A stretch of DNA of 63,966 nt, the filler included, from Octopus bimaculoides (lineage: Eukaryota), in NCBI RefSeq assembly GCF_001194135.2. It is 4 parts of 4 records of this genome, joined end to end, with 100 filler letters (N's around TTAATTAATTAA, not from the genome) between each part and the next. Parts side by side here need not be neighbours in the genome. Positions count along the whole stretch, not along the records: positions 31,358 to 61,115 come from NC_068990.1; positions 61,216 to 62,819 come from NC_068999.1; 2 more parts are not named here. One strand, 5' to 3'. This document shows, piece by piece, positions 49,850 to 61,995 of this stretch. The first letter of the stretch is position 1. Each line of letters opens with the position of its first letter. Made by a program: the position numbers and the translations under genes. The notes under the pieces are model-generated. The model saw only the letters and a program-made list of their open reading frames with translations, was not told the DNA's origin and did not search any database.

Positions 49850-50400
49850 ATTTTTTTCAATATTTCGGGTCAAGACCCCTTTATTAGAAAACATGAAGAA
49901 ATGGGAGATGGGATAATGTGTTATTATTGCTTGGATATTTGGTAAAGAGTAGTGACATGCGCAGGCTCGTGCTGTTATAGTACCTATTCTGCTTCATGTA
50001 GTTCTTGTCTGTCGCTTAGTGCTAGTTTCAGTTTAATAATTAGGATAGCCTTGTTGATGGGAATGTTACCTGCGTTACGTTCCGTGACTCTGACTCTGAC
50101 TCTGATGAACACAGTAAAGTCCCAGTATGGCACTTCTTCGGGTGTTTATTGACTAAAACATTTGTGCGTTCGTGTTCTTTGATGCGGATGTGCGGTTTCC
50201 TGATGGTACTCCCAGTGTAGAATGCATTACATTCGCTACGACTTACTTCATATACCATGTAAGCTCTTGGGCACATTTTAAAGTTGTTTATGGAGTAATC
50301 GAACAATTTTCATTCTATTATACTGTTTGTAGTACAATTTCTGGACAGAAATTTACTCAGAAGCGCGTGTCAGACTTGTGGGTATGGGCCTCCTTATAAA
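49850..50400 (-). mobile_element. Penelope-like element 3' remnant (GIY-YIG domain plus downstream UTR)
   Basis: MVYEVSRSECNAFYTGSTIRKPHIRIKEH (GIY-YIG pattern) and INKAILIIKLKLALSDRQEL at the C-terminus. Confidence 0.75.
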
Positions 50401-52011
50401 GTTTGATAACTTTAGCGTTGTTTATATGCTGCTGTTAGGTGAAAGTTGGTGGGTATACATATTTAGTAAGTTCTTACTAAACAAAGGCTATCTACCATCT
50501 TGTTAGCTCTTCCAAGATTTGAACCCACAACTTTAATATCAAGAACCGAACATTTTAACCAATAGGTCACTCACTTTCGCTGTTTTTAACAACGATCCAC
50601 AATTTATAAGCTACCGACTCGAGGAATAGTTAGAACAATGAGAAATACAAGACTGTAGAATTGTTCAAGGAAACGCTGCAATAGAATGACGATTCAGTCG
50701 GAATACTAACCAAATAAATCAAGTTATCAATTCAAGACGAACAATGAAAGAGGGAAATCAGGAAGTTTTTTATTGATCTACAGGAATGTTCACCGTTCAA
50801 TATAACAGTATCTATTCTTCTCTCTTTAATTCGTCCATTACCGGGAAAACTTCTATGAATTCTTGTCACAAAAACGTGAGGACGGAGAATGATAAGAGAG
50901 AAAGTGATCTATGGTGAGATGCTCGGTTGAGCGGAAGACGATGTACACGGCTACAGGATTTGGTGAAACATGTGATTTTGATGAAGTATAAACCAGCCAA
51001 CCATCAAGCGAAGTTTAAGGTGACTCAGTTTGAGAAAAGACCATAGTTGATGGCCGGCATCCAAGTTGTACTTCGGGAAAGAGAAGGAAATATTTATGAG
51101 TCTCAAATTAAGTTTACGGAATTAATAAAACAACTCAATGAGGATAACGAAGTAGCAACAGAAATAAAACTTAGCCACCAATCATCCCAGGTACAGTATA
51201 ACACAAGTCTACCTTGGCAACTAATCACCCCAAGTACATTGCAACATAACAAGAATAAAGATCAAACGCAGTCCTCAGTATGAATGAATAATTTTTTTTT
51301 AAATGGGTGACATAATAAATTCTTCCTTCAACTCTACGTGTTTTATACGATTTACACGTTTATTTCGTCCTGTGATTCAATATGATGGTCACATTATCAG
51401 TGCTGCTGGACAAGGTTTCCACTTGGACGAAAGAACTTGGTTATTCAGCTGAAGAAGGTTTTGAGAGTAAAAAGAGACCGTTTAGAAACTACACTGTGTT
51501 TAGTTAAATAATTTACTGCAGGATTACATTATTAAATTTGAATTACGAAATTTGAATATACACGTTACCGGGCTCGTAATTCCCTCGCTGGTTCCACTGT
51601 GAGATTGTTTTCTCATATTCTATCCCATTGCATCTTGAACAAGTACTTCTACTACCAATACCTCGGATTGATCAAAGTCGCGATCTTTCAACTTCGCGGC
51701 TTTATTTTTTTAATGTGTTGGAAAGAAGACCGGTGGGTTGCATAACGGCTTTTAAAATTGCCTTCACATAAACCAACGTCATTTTTTTCCGATTACGTTG
51801 TCTTGGAGCATTTCTGTAACTTCGGCTTCATAAATAACTGAGTTTATCAAACACGTCTGATCAAGCAGGCAAGCTTCGGAGTCTCGGCAGTTACAACTGT
51901 GAGTGAAATCTTTTCTAAATTGTGTATATTCAATATTTATCTCTCACTGGATTGAGTACATATTTTTATTCTAATCTTTAATGGAACTGTAATTGACATA
52001 CATACAAATAT

Positions 52012-52043
<32 letters not shown>

Positions 52044-52044
<1 letters not shown>

Positions 52045-52640
52045 ATTTTAGGATGAAAACTTTATAAGAATTTATTAAGTAGTTAGCGTGAAAAAACTTC
52101 ATAAGGAAAAAAACCATCACTTTTTTCCATAAATATATATAAATTAATTTAATTTATATAAGGGCATTACTATACAATAATGCCTCACGCGTAGAGGGAC
52201 TCTATAAGTCAAAACTACCAAAATAAGCACATTTTTACCGATCGCGAAGGAATGCAACTTTCAAAGCTAACCTCCTAAAAACTTTTAACTTAACGGTAAA
52301 CCAATGGTTTCATAATTAATGCAGCAGACTATGCAGTAAACTGCATCTTTTATTCATCAGTACACGTATGGTCAAGACACATAAAAATAAACAACAATCA
52401 ACATACCCTGATGTATTCAACACAGTACATAGACGATTGTTCATCCTTATATATCCATGAAAGAGGCGGGCTTTTTAAGTTACATTTCAGTACATGTGCA
52501 GTTTACTGCATAGTTTGCTGCATTAATTATGAAACCATTGGTTTACCGTTAAGTTAAAAGTATTTAGGCGGTTAGCTTTGAAAGTTGCATTCCCTCGCGA
52601 TCGGTAAAAATGTGCTTATTTTGGTAGTTTTGACTTATGG
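52044..52640. mobile_element. Foldback element with inverted arms of at least 140 bp
   Basis: 52204-52345 is the near-perfect reverse complement of 52497-52638; the right arm runs into a gap. Confidence 0.85.
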
Positions 52641-53502
52641 NNNNNNNNNNNNNNNNNNNNNNNNNNNNNNNNNNNNNNNNNNNNNNNNNNNNNNNNNNNN
52701 NNNNNNNNNNNNNNNNNNNNNNNNNNNNNNNNNNNNNNNNNNNNNNNNNNNNNNNNNNNNNNNNNNNNNNNNNNNNNNNNNNNNNNNNNNNNNNNNNNNN
52801 NNNNNNNNNNNNNNNNNNNNNNNNNNNNNNNNNNNNNNNNNNNNNNNNNNNNNNNNNNNNNNNNNNNNNNNNNNNNNNNNNNNNNNNNNNNNNNNNNNNN
52901 NNNNNNNNNNNNNNNNNNNNNNNNNNNNNNNNNNNNNNNNNNNNNNNNNNNNNNNNNNNNNNNNNNNNNNNNNNNNNNNNNNNNNNNNNNNNNNNNNNNN
53001 NNNNNNNNNNNNNNNNNNNNNNNNNNNNNNNNNNNNNNNNNNNNNNNNNNNNNNNNNNNNNNNNNNNNNNNNNNNNNNNNNNNNNNNNNGTGTAAACCTC
53101 TTTAGCGGATATATAACAAAGAAAATTTAAAATGACGAACAGACCAAATCGATTTTCAAACCTCATTGAGTTCTCATTGGAGGTGTTTACATAGATTTCA
53201 CCAATTCCACAGCGATGAGCAACCAATCTGTTTGTATACTCAACAATTCCAGTAGGTACGGAGAAGTGGAGCTACTAATTCGCATACCGTACTTTATTTA
53301 ATATCAAGGGACACTCAAAGTGGATCTCAGTCCACACAGTATTAAGATATTATATAATATATATAACCTCTAAGATAGACAGATAAACAGGGCAAATTTA
53401 ACTAATTCTCCACAGACTGAAGCAAATTAACAACGTTAATCGATTTTCGAACCATTTGTACGTATGTGCTACTGCAGCTGCTGCAGCTGCTGCAGCTGCT
53501 GC

Positions 53503-53533
<31 letters not shown>

Positions 53534-53804
53534 TCCCCAAATAAGTAGTAAAATGAAAGATGTTACAGCTTTGGGTCATCCAGCTAATGGCGGAGCCGTC
53601 GGTCATACTAAATACGATGTTTGGACAGATTATAGCGAACATGATGAGAGAGAAAGAGATGACCTGCATTTCTAAACACTTTAAAGTAATTATATGTTTT
53701 TGTTAATGAACTTCATTAAGAAAGAAATGTCAATTGAAATGACATTTTCATATTGAAATGTTTAGTCGGAGAACGAACGACGCTAAGCAATATTTATTTA
53801 TTAG

Positions 53805-53851
53805 AAGAGATACATAAGTGTATGAATGTTATAGTCACCGATATAGTTAAG
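53805..53851 (+). CDS. Candidate 47-nt exon of an unidentified host gene
   Basis: TATTTATTTATTAG acceptor, consensus AAG|GTAAGA donor, open frame EIHKCMNVIVTDIVK. Confidence 0.25.
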
Positions 53852-54469
53852 GTAAGACAAACGGAGACTAGACTGCGTCATAGCGTAAATCATTAAATAT
53901 TCCCATAAATTATGATAATCACAAATGGGATATGACCGTTACGGAAGTCTAAGTTGTGAAGGTGCTTACAGTTTTTGGTAACTAATGCGAAATACGATTT
54001 TATTCAGCAAAGGTTTGCATATTGTGTACAATGTGTGTGGGAGAATAAGAGAAAAAAAAAAGCTAGTGGATTTCATGCGCCGAACAGATCGAGTTTGTTT
54101 CCCAAAGTATGACATCTTGTAAATTGAATATCCATATTGACAGGATCACATAATACACGAGTTAGAAATAATATTTGAATAATTCTATCACAACAATATA
54201 AATGAGATACAAATATAAATGCATTCATGAAAACAGTAATAGAATATTTACAATAATAGACATAATAATACTATAATTGCTTATATTGTAAAATGTTTGT
54301 TCGTTCTTTGGGAGAATAATATTCTCCTCCAAGAAAGAAACCTCTGATCTCAATCTTGAGTTGGTATTTAATCTCTGATTGAAAACTAATTCAAATATAC
54401 AATAAGATACACAACAAATTAAAAGAGCATTATCAATAATTATCAATAATATTATAACTCTTCGAAAGC

Positions 54470-54640
54470 GATGCATGCCAGACAAAGTGCTCAGTTGCAT
54501 TCCTTACGTTCTGAGTTCAAATTCCGCCCAGGTCGACTTGGCTTTTGAGAGTCGATAAAATAAGCGCTGAATTAGCATTAGGGTGGATGTAATCGACAAG
54601 CCACCCCCCTTAACATTTCAGGCCTTGTGCCTATTGTAGA
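54470..54640 (+). mobile_element. SINE family B
   Basis: TGAGTTCAAATTCCGCCCAGGTCGACTTGGC...GATGTAATCGAC...TTTCAGGCCTTGTGCCTA. Confidence 0.8.
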
Positions 54641-55409
54641 AAAGAATATTATTACTCTTTGTATTTCTGACAGCGAAATTTTGTATATTATTTGGTCACC
54701 ATGGTATATTTACAGAGTTTTGTCATCAAGTTTCTTTAGATTCTTTCAAAGATGAAAATCAGAAGTTAACTGAGCCTTTTTAAATTCAAGAGCGAATTAC
54801 AAATAGATAAGAAATTATACGGACATATCTGTCGTGAAGAAAAGAATAAATTATTTTTATTATCATATTGCCTGAAAATACATACAACACCATTTTCACT
54901 TCTGATATTCGATTCAAAACCAAAAATACTTCTCAATCAATAAATAAGTTCATTCCGAACCATTCCGAACCATTCCACTTCCTTTTAAATGTGGAAGAGA
55001 ATTACGTTTTCTTTTCATCAAGTTGACTTCTGTGTGAGATTTATCTATTTCTTTTATATATCCACACACATCTATAGATGGGTGATAGACGTACGTTAAT
55101 TGTTGCCGTTGGAGCATCTTTGATCGTTGCATGTTTGGTCGGGGTTCAAACAGTGACAGCTGAAACCACAAATACAAAAAACTGAAGATGACATTGTTCT
55201 TCACGCAACTGAATTTGAAAAGAAAACGACTGATCAAAGCTGTGACTTCTTTCGTCGAAGGTCACAGAGGTCAGGGCTTACTTGGAGGTAGAGTAACAAC
55301 AACAGCAGCACCAGCAGCAACAACAACAACAGTATATCCATGCGTAAGTTGTATATATAAATGCATTGACCCGACACACTAAGGTGTAAACGTTGCGAGT
55401 TATATGTAG

Positions 55410-55730
55410 AAGCATGTGGCTTAGTGGTTAGGTCATTCGGTTCACAATCGTAGGATCATGAGTTCGATTCCTGGCGGCGAGTTGTGTCCTTGAGCAAGGC
55501 ACTTTATTTCACATTGCTCCAGTCCACTCAGCTAGTAAAAATGAGTAGTACCTGAATTTCAAAGGGCCAGCCTTGTCACACTCTGTGTCACGCTGAATCT
55601 CACCCGAGAACTACGTTAAGGGTACACGTGTCTGTGGAGTACTCAGTCACTTACTTGTTAATTTCATGAGCAGGTTGTTCCATCGGTTAAATCAACTGGA
55701 ACACTCGTCGTTGTAACTGACGGAGTATCA
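55410..55730 (+). mobile_element. SINE family C (variant middle segment)
   Basis: TGGCTTAGTGGTTAGG (A box), GAGTTCGATTCC (B box); body CAGCCTTGTCACACTCTGTGTCACGCTGAAT...GAACTACGTTAAGGGTACACGTGT shared with 7986-8368. Confidence 0.9.
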
Positions 55731-56436
55731 AATGTTTTTATAATTTCTCCCAGCACATGACTGAAAGATTATCGATGATCATCAATAATCCGCTAGCGCT
55801 AGCCAGGTTATTCCATTCGCATCCCAAATAAAGTCATCCGATTTCAGTTCCATCTTTGCGACCAGAAACAACTCAAAGGACCAAAATAGGAATCAAATGA
55901 TAAAATTTTATTTTAAACTATTTGGTCACGTGGAAGGTTCCTTGCTTTAATTTTTTTGTTTTAATTTTTTTGTGTGTGTGTCTTTTGGTGCATAAATGTA
56001 TTAATCTGTTAAAGGTATCAATCATGTCTTCGATTTTTCCTTAGTTAAGGTTGTTTACGGCGTAACACTCGAACACACAACGCCGTGAGAAGCGGGACAA
56101 TATTATTAATATTAAAATATTTTAACTACTAGATCAAGTCCTTAAAATCAATACAGGTAATCGATAATTTCGTTTCTTGGGTTCTTTCTCACCCAAAACA
56201 TTGAAGTTCAGCCATCTCACTATGTAGAACAATTAGCTTTTTATTTCACCCTCCAAGCTGTTAACTCCTCCGATTCTTACCTACATCGGCTTAAACTACG
56301 CCATTCTTTCTGTTGTGAAAATAGAGACAAACACTGAGCGCTTGATTTTTCTCTGTAATCACATCATCAGAATCTTTATCTGGAATACAATCCAAACAAT
56401 CGTTGTTTTAGCAGCCGTCTCACTCCCTGACCCCGC

Positions 56437-56437
<1 letters not shown>

Positions 56438-56485
<48 letters not shown>

Positions 56486-56524
56486 CTCTCTTTCACTCTC
56501 TCCTCTCTCTCACTCACTCCTCTC

Positions 56525-56607
<83 letters not shown>

Positions 56608-56610
56608 CCC
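56438..56610. repeat. (CT)n polypyrimidine tract
   Basis: Directly visible. Confidence 0.95.
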
Positions 56611-56920
56611 ATTTAATATTCCCAAGATTTCTCATAATCTTACTTTTTATTACATTTCCATACCATCCAAACTTCCAGAAACATTTAATCTCTCCTCTGA
56701 TTCCTTCTTCAATCAATATTTGTTAATAGTTCAATATATTATATTATTCCCAATAAACACCGCTACAAACCATAAATTACTCCATACTTATTCGTTCGCT
56801 AAACTTCCTCGCATTTTTGGTTAATAATTTCTATGGCTTTTTTTAACATTCTTTTACCATTTTAGATCTACAAGTTTATTCTCCCCAATGTTTTTAACTC
56901 GGATTCCATTATTAATGGAG

Positions 56921-57282
<362 letters not shown>

Positions 57283-57297
57283 TTATTATTATTATTT

Positions 57298-57336
<39 letters not shown>

Positions 57337-57580
57337 CACTACTACTGCTGCTGCTGCTACCACCGCTGCTGCTGCCACTGCTACTGCCACTGCTACTCCT
57401 ACTACTGCTACTGCTGTTGCTACTACCACTATTGCTACTACTACTGCTGCTACTACTGGTACTGCTGTTGTTGCTGCTGCCACTACTACTACTATTACCA
57501 CTGCCGCTGTTGCTGCTGATAGTGATATTGCTGCTACTACAACTACTGGTGGTAGTGGTGGTGGTGCTGCTGCTAATGAT
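57283..57580. repeat. ATT to CTA to CTG/GTG degenerate trinucleotide array
   Basis: Directly visible. Confidence 0.9.
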
Positions 57581-57639
57581 GATAAACGCGGCCCCTATAT
57601 GAAGATTAGTGGTTAGAAAAAATAAAAATCAAATAATAA

Positions 57640-57989
57640 AGGAAGGTTTATGGAAATGCACCAACTGCTGCTGCAAATAAAATAAAATTAATTGCAAAGA
57701 CAAAAGTAGAAACGCACGCATCAATGGTTACGAAGCTCAGGGCTAAAAGCAGAGAGTGAAGGTTTCATATTGGCTGCTCAAGACCAAAGCTTATTAACCC
57801 GGAACTACCAAGCCAATGTGATAAAAAATGCCGATTCTGTAACGATGAGATTGAAACTATAGACCAACTAATCTCAGGGTGTAGAGTCTTGGCACCTGTA
57901 GAATATAAAGCAAGACATGACAGAGTTGGCCAGTATTTACACTGGACAATATGTCGGCATTATAAAATCAAAACCGCTGACATTTTAGA
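57640..57989 (+). mobile_element. R4/Dong-type LINE internal fragment (zinc-knuckle region)
   Basis: HQWLRSSGLKAESEGFILAAQDQSLLTRNYQANV...CRFCNDEIETIDQLISGCRVLAPVEYKARHDRVGQYLHWTICRHYKI. Confidence 0.9.
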
Positions 57990-58291
57990 TCTGTACGTTT
58001 TTTGGTTGCTAATGTTGCAGCGTTGGTTAAAAATAGTGTTGGAGCAACAATACAAAAACAAGATGAAGGTTCGAGAACGGATTGCAAAATATTCAGAATA
58101 CTATCGATGGGAAATAAGGGGAAATTTCTCCTTGAAACATCGATGATAATTGTGAGTTTTAAATAAAAATAAATGAAAAAAGAATCCGAGGTGAAAATGA
58201 GAAGAATAATGGAAACAAAGAACATTTGGAATTGTTTGACAGCAATCACTTTAAGACACGCACGCACACACACGCGCACACAGACAGACAG

Positions 58292-58323
<32 letters not shown>

Positions 58324-59215
58324 ACACANNNNNNNNNNNNNNNNNNNNNNNNNNNNNNNNNNNNNNNNNNNNNNNNNNNNNNNNNNNNNNNNNNNNNNNN
58401 NNNNNNNNNNNNNNNNNNNNNNNNNNNNNNNNNNNNNNNNNNNNNNNNNNNNNNNNNNNNNNNNNNNNNNNNNNNNNNNNNNNNNNNNNNNNNNNNNNNN
58501 NNNNNNNNNNNNNNNNNNNNNNNNNNNNNNNNNNNNNNNNNNNNNNNNNNNNNNNNNNNNNNNNNNNNNNNNNNNNNNNNNNNNNNNNNNNNNNNNNNNN
58601 NNNNNNNNNNNNNNNNNNNNNNNNNNNNNNNNNNNNNNNNNNNNNNNNNNNNNNNNNNNNNNNNNNNNNNNNNNNNNNNNNNNNNNNNNNNNNNNNNNNN
58701 NNNNNNNNNNNNNNNNNNNNNNNNNNNNNNNNNNNNNNNNNNNNNNNNNNNNNNNNNNNNNNNNNNNNNNNNNNNNNNNNNNNNNNNNNNNNNNNNNNNN
58801 NNNNNNNNNNNNNNNNNNNNNNNNNNNNNNNNNNNNNNNNNNNNNNNNNNNNNNNNNNNNNNNNNNNNNNNNNNNNNNNNNNNNNNNNNNNNNNNNNNNN
58901 NNNNNNNNNNNNNNNNNNNNNNNNNNNNNNNNNNNNNNNNNNNNNNNNNNNNNNNNNNNNNNNNNNNNNNNNNNNNNNNNNNNNNNNNNNNNNNNNNNNN
59001 NNNNNNNNNNNNNNNNNNNNNNNNNNNNNNNNNNNNNNNNATTTAAAACTCACAATTATCATCGATGTTTCAAGGAGAAATTTCCCCTTATTTCCCATCG
59101 ATAGTATTCTGAATATTTTGCAATCCGTTCTCGAACCTTCATCTTGTTTTTGTATTGTTGCTCCAACACTATTTTTAACCAACGCTGCAACATTAGCAAC
59201 CAAAAAGCGTACAGA
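57990..59215. repeat. 175-bp inverted duplication (57990-58164 and 59041-59215) flanking a gap
   Basis: Base-by-base comparison shows one mismatch. Confidence 0.95.
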
Positions 59216-60343
59216 AGTAATGAAAGAGAAGAGTTTTAGGAGACTGTGTGTGAGATTTGAAGCAGAATGTAACGCATCATTTGCAACTGGGTAGATGATG
59301 CTTTACATTCAAGTAATTCAACTTCTGGAACTCAGACCGAAACTCAGGAACTCATTGCCTTACACTAAGAAGCAATAGTCAATCGTATTTGTAAATCCAA
59401 GCGGATTAGATCCCAACATAGTCAGGTTTACTACTCCATACACACTCCTCTATATCACATAAGCAAGAGATTTTCGTGGATATATCTTCTGGGAATCGCT
59501 CGGTTGTGTGGTCGGGAGCGAAGACCTTAGGAAAAACCCAAAACCACTTCTTTACTATAACTTATTTATTCTATGTCAATGGGTCCTTTCAGAAGGTTAC
59601 CCCACATTTGACGACCCTCAACAACCTTCCGTCCATTCTCACTTAACTAGTTTACAAATTAAATCGTTGTTGTTTTTCCGAATCAAAAGTGTGGCCCATC
59701 CCTATGAATTGTATTTAAGTTAAACAGGAAAATCACAAACTTGTGGCTTATGAGGCCGAAATTGTGTACACCTTACGCTATACTTATCGGCTGAGTTAAC
59801 AGGTATTATTAGCCCACATACGATCTGGATGACCTGATATAGTTAGTTTGTTTAAGTCCAATGTGAGACATGTTAAACGGCTGCATGTGGTTTCCTGGGG
59901 ATTTGACTGCTATTTCTTGAGGGCTTACAACTGAAAGAACCAGTAGTCATAAGGTGAACGTTGTATGACAGATACTCCACTGTAGACCATTTATGGAGTG
60001 GCCTATTACACTAGAGGCTGTGTAAGAGGCAGGCTTCACATATTACGTGACTTGAGGAACCCTGTTAAGTGTTACAGTCGCTATTAAACTGTCCACATTG
60101 TCAGGTTTTTAAGATGTTTGACGTAGAAGAGAGTTGAAGAGGGGGGAGAGAGTGAGAAGGGGGTTTGAATACGCAGACGATGGGGTGGGGGTAGGGCATA
60201 ACGATGAGAAAGAATGAACGAATTGGGGGAAGAAAGAAGTAAATAAATAATAAAAGCAGGACGTAGTAAAAGAGAGAAAATGAAGAAAAGGCAAAAAATA
60301 AAACAAGTGGTGGGGAGGAGAGCGATGAAAAGAAAGAAAGGAA

Positions 60344-60344
<1 letters not shown>

Positions 60345-60406
<62 letters not shown>

Positions 60407-60521
60407 GAAAAAAGAAAGAAAGAAAGAAAGAAAGAAGACTGAGGAGTATGAAAAGAAAGCAACGAAATAAGAGAAAAAGAGAAAGAAAAATTCAGAGCCC
60501 GATAAAGAGAGGGAGTGATAT

Positions 60522-60564
<43 letters not shown>

Positions 60565-60565
60565 G
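60345..60565. repeat. (GAAA)n arrays within a purine-rich tract
   Basis: Directly visible. Confidence 0.95.
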
Positions 60566-60904
60566 AGGATGTAAGAATGTGAGAAAGAGAGTGGGGGGAA
60601 CAGAAAGAAGGAGAAGAGAGAGAGAGAGTAAGAAAATAGGATGAGATGTATAGAAAGAAAGAAAAGGGAGGAGAGGAGGAGAAGGAGGAGGATAAAGCAT
60701 AGATAGATAGAGACAGACAGACAGACAGGCAGACAGATAGCTAGATGACATAATCAAAAGAAGAGAAGGGAGGAAATGGGAAATAAATTCCAAACCCGAA
60801 TCTAGGACTGGGGTTAATATAATTGAGTCCACCTTTCATGGTGGTGCCCCAGCATGGCCATGGGCTAATGGCCGAAAAAATAAAACAAATACGTTATATA
60901 GGAA

Positions 60905-61115
60905 AGAGAACGAAATGAAAGAGTAGAGAACGAAATGAAAGAGAAGAGAAGGAAAGAGTATGAAATGAAAGAGAAGAGAAGGAAAGGGTATGAAATGGAA
61001 GAGAAGAGAAGGAAAGAGTATGAAATGAAAGAGAAGAGAAGGAAAGAGTATGAAATGAAAGAGAAGAGAAGGAAAGAGTATGAAATGAAAGAGAAGAGAA
61101 GGAAAGAGTATGAAA
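60905..61115. repeat. Purine-rich minisatellite: 20-bp units, then about six 30-bp units
   Basis: ATGAAAGAGAAGAGAAGGAAAGAGTATGAA is repeated up to the scaffold join. Confidence 0.9.
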
Positions 61116-61215
61116 NNNNNNNNNNNNNNNNNNNNNNNNNNNNNNNNNNNNNNNNNNNNTTAATTAATTAANNNNNNNNNNNNNNNNNNNNNNNNNNNNN
61201 NNNNNNNNNNNNNNN
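61116..61215. other. Artificial scaffold join with TTAATTAATTAA linker
   Basis: 44 N + 12-mer + 44 N. Confidence 0.95.
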
Positions 61216-61799
61216 TCTTTTTTTAACCTCTTCTTGCTTTTTTTCTGCCTGCATTGTGAAATGACTTTTTTTTTTTTGTCTCAATCCCCTTTTTTCCAAA
61301 TAATGTCAGCTTTGTGCAACTGCTTATTTTAAGCCCTTAAAATGTAGTTTTCATCAATCTAAAAATATACTTTAAAAAGAAAAATGACAACAAAACAACA
61401 AAAAAATCACAATACACAACAACCCAAACTTGTTTAACCAGCCTTCATCTTGTTATTAATTTGCATTATTTTTTAGGGATTTAAGGGTTGGATTTAAGTG
61501 CTCAAATTATTTTTACCTATTTTCTCCAGAGAAAACCCTTTTAGTTTAAATATTAATAAGGTATCATCCTTCGTTTGTTTATTTATATTTTCTGCCTAAA
61601 ATGAAAAAGTCTTCAGATTTGTTCAGCATTTCTCAGAGTAGGTTTATAAGTTCCTGTTGGGGATTTTTGGTTTATATTCTATTTATCATGGTGTTAAAAG
61701 CGTTCAGAGGGATTAGAGATATTCCAACTCCTCTTCGACCATTTCTTTTCATTTTTTGTTTCTTTTCTTTGAGGGAGTAGTTCTTTATTCTGTTAGTCT

Positions 61800-61995
61800 T
61801 AAATCAACCCCAAATCAACCTTGATTAAGTAAATGCTATGATCAAGGACATTCCATCTGTGACCATCCTATCAATCTAGAGGCATCTAAGACTGCATCTA
61901 ATGTGTCCTTGTTGAAGATGGCAGGGTTTGATTTGAGGAAGATTTGGCTGAAATTTCTGTCAGTCAAGCAATCATGTAGATGCTCTCTCATTGGT
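61800..61995 (+). mobile_element. Repeat family D, most complete copy
   Basis: ...TGATCAAGGACATTCCATCTGTGACCATCC...GACTGCATCTAATGTGTCC...GATTTGAGGAAGATTTGGCTG... Confidence 0.6.

Noticed and set aside
50850-51283. 78-aa ORF and a YLGQLIT-like RT hint
   Set aside because: A single short motif that needs a frameshift; insufficient support.
53469-53669. Minus-strand ORF with a hydrophobic N-terminus and poly-Q end
   Set aside because: The poly-Q derives from a CAA/CAG microsatellite, and there are no convincing splice sites or homology.
60101-60832. 243-aa hydrophobic minus-strand ORF
   Set aside because: It is the translation of the (TTTC)n/CT-rich complement of a purine tract, not a membrane protein.
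60905-61115. CRISPR-like 30-bp repeats
   Set aside because: Tandem units without unique spacers, in eukaryotic DNA with no cas genes.
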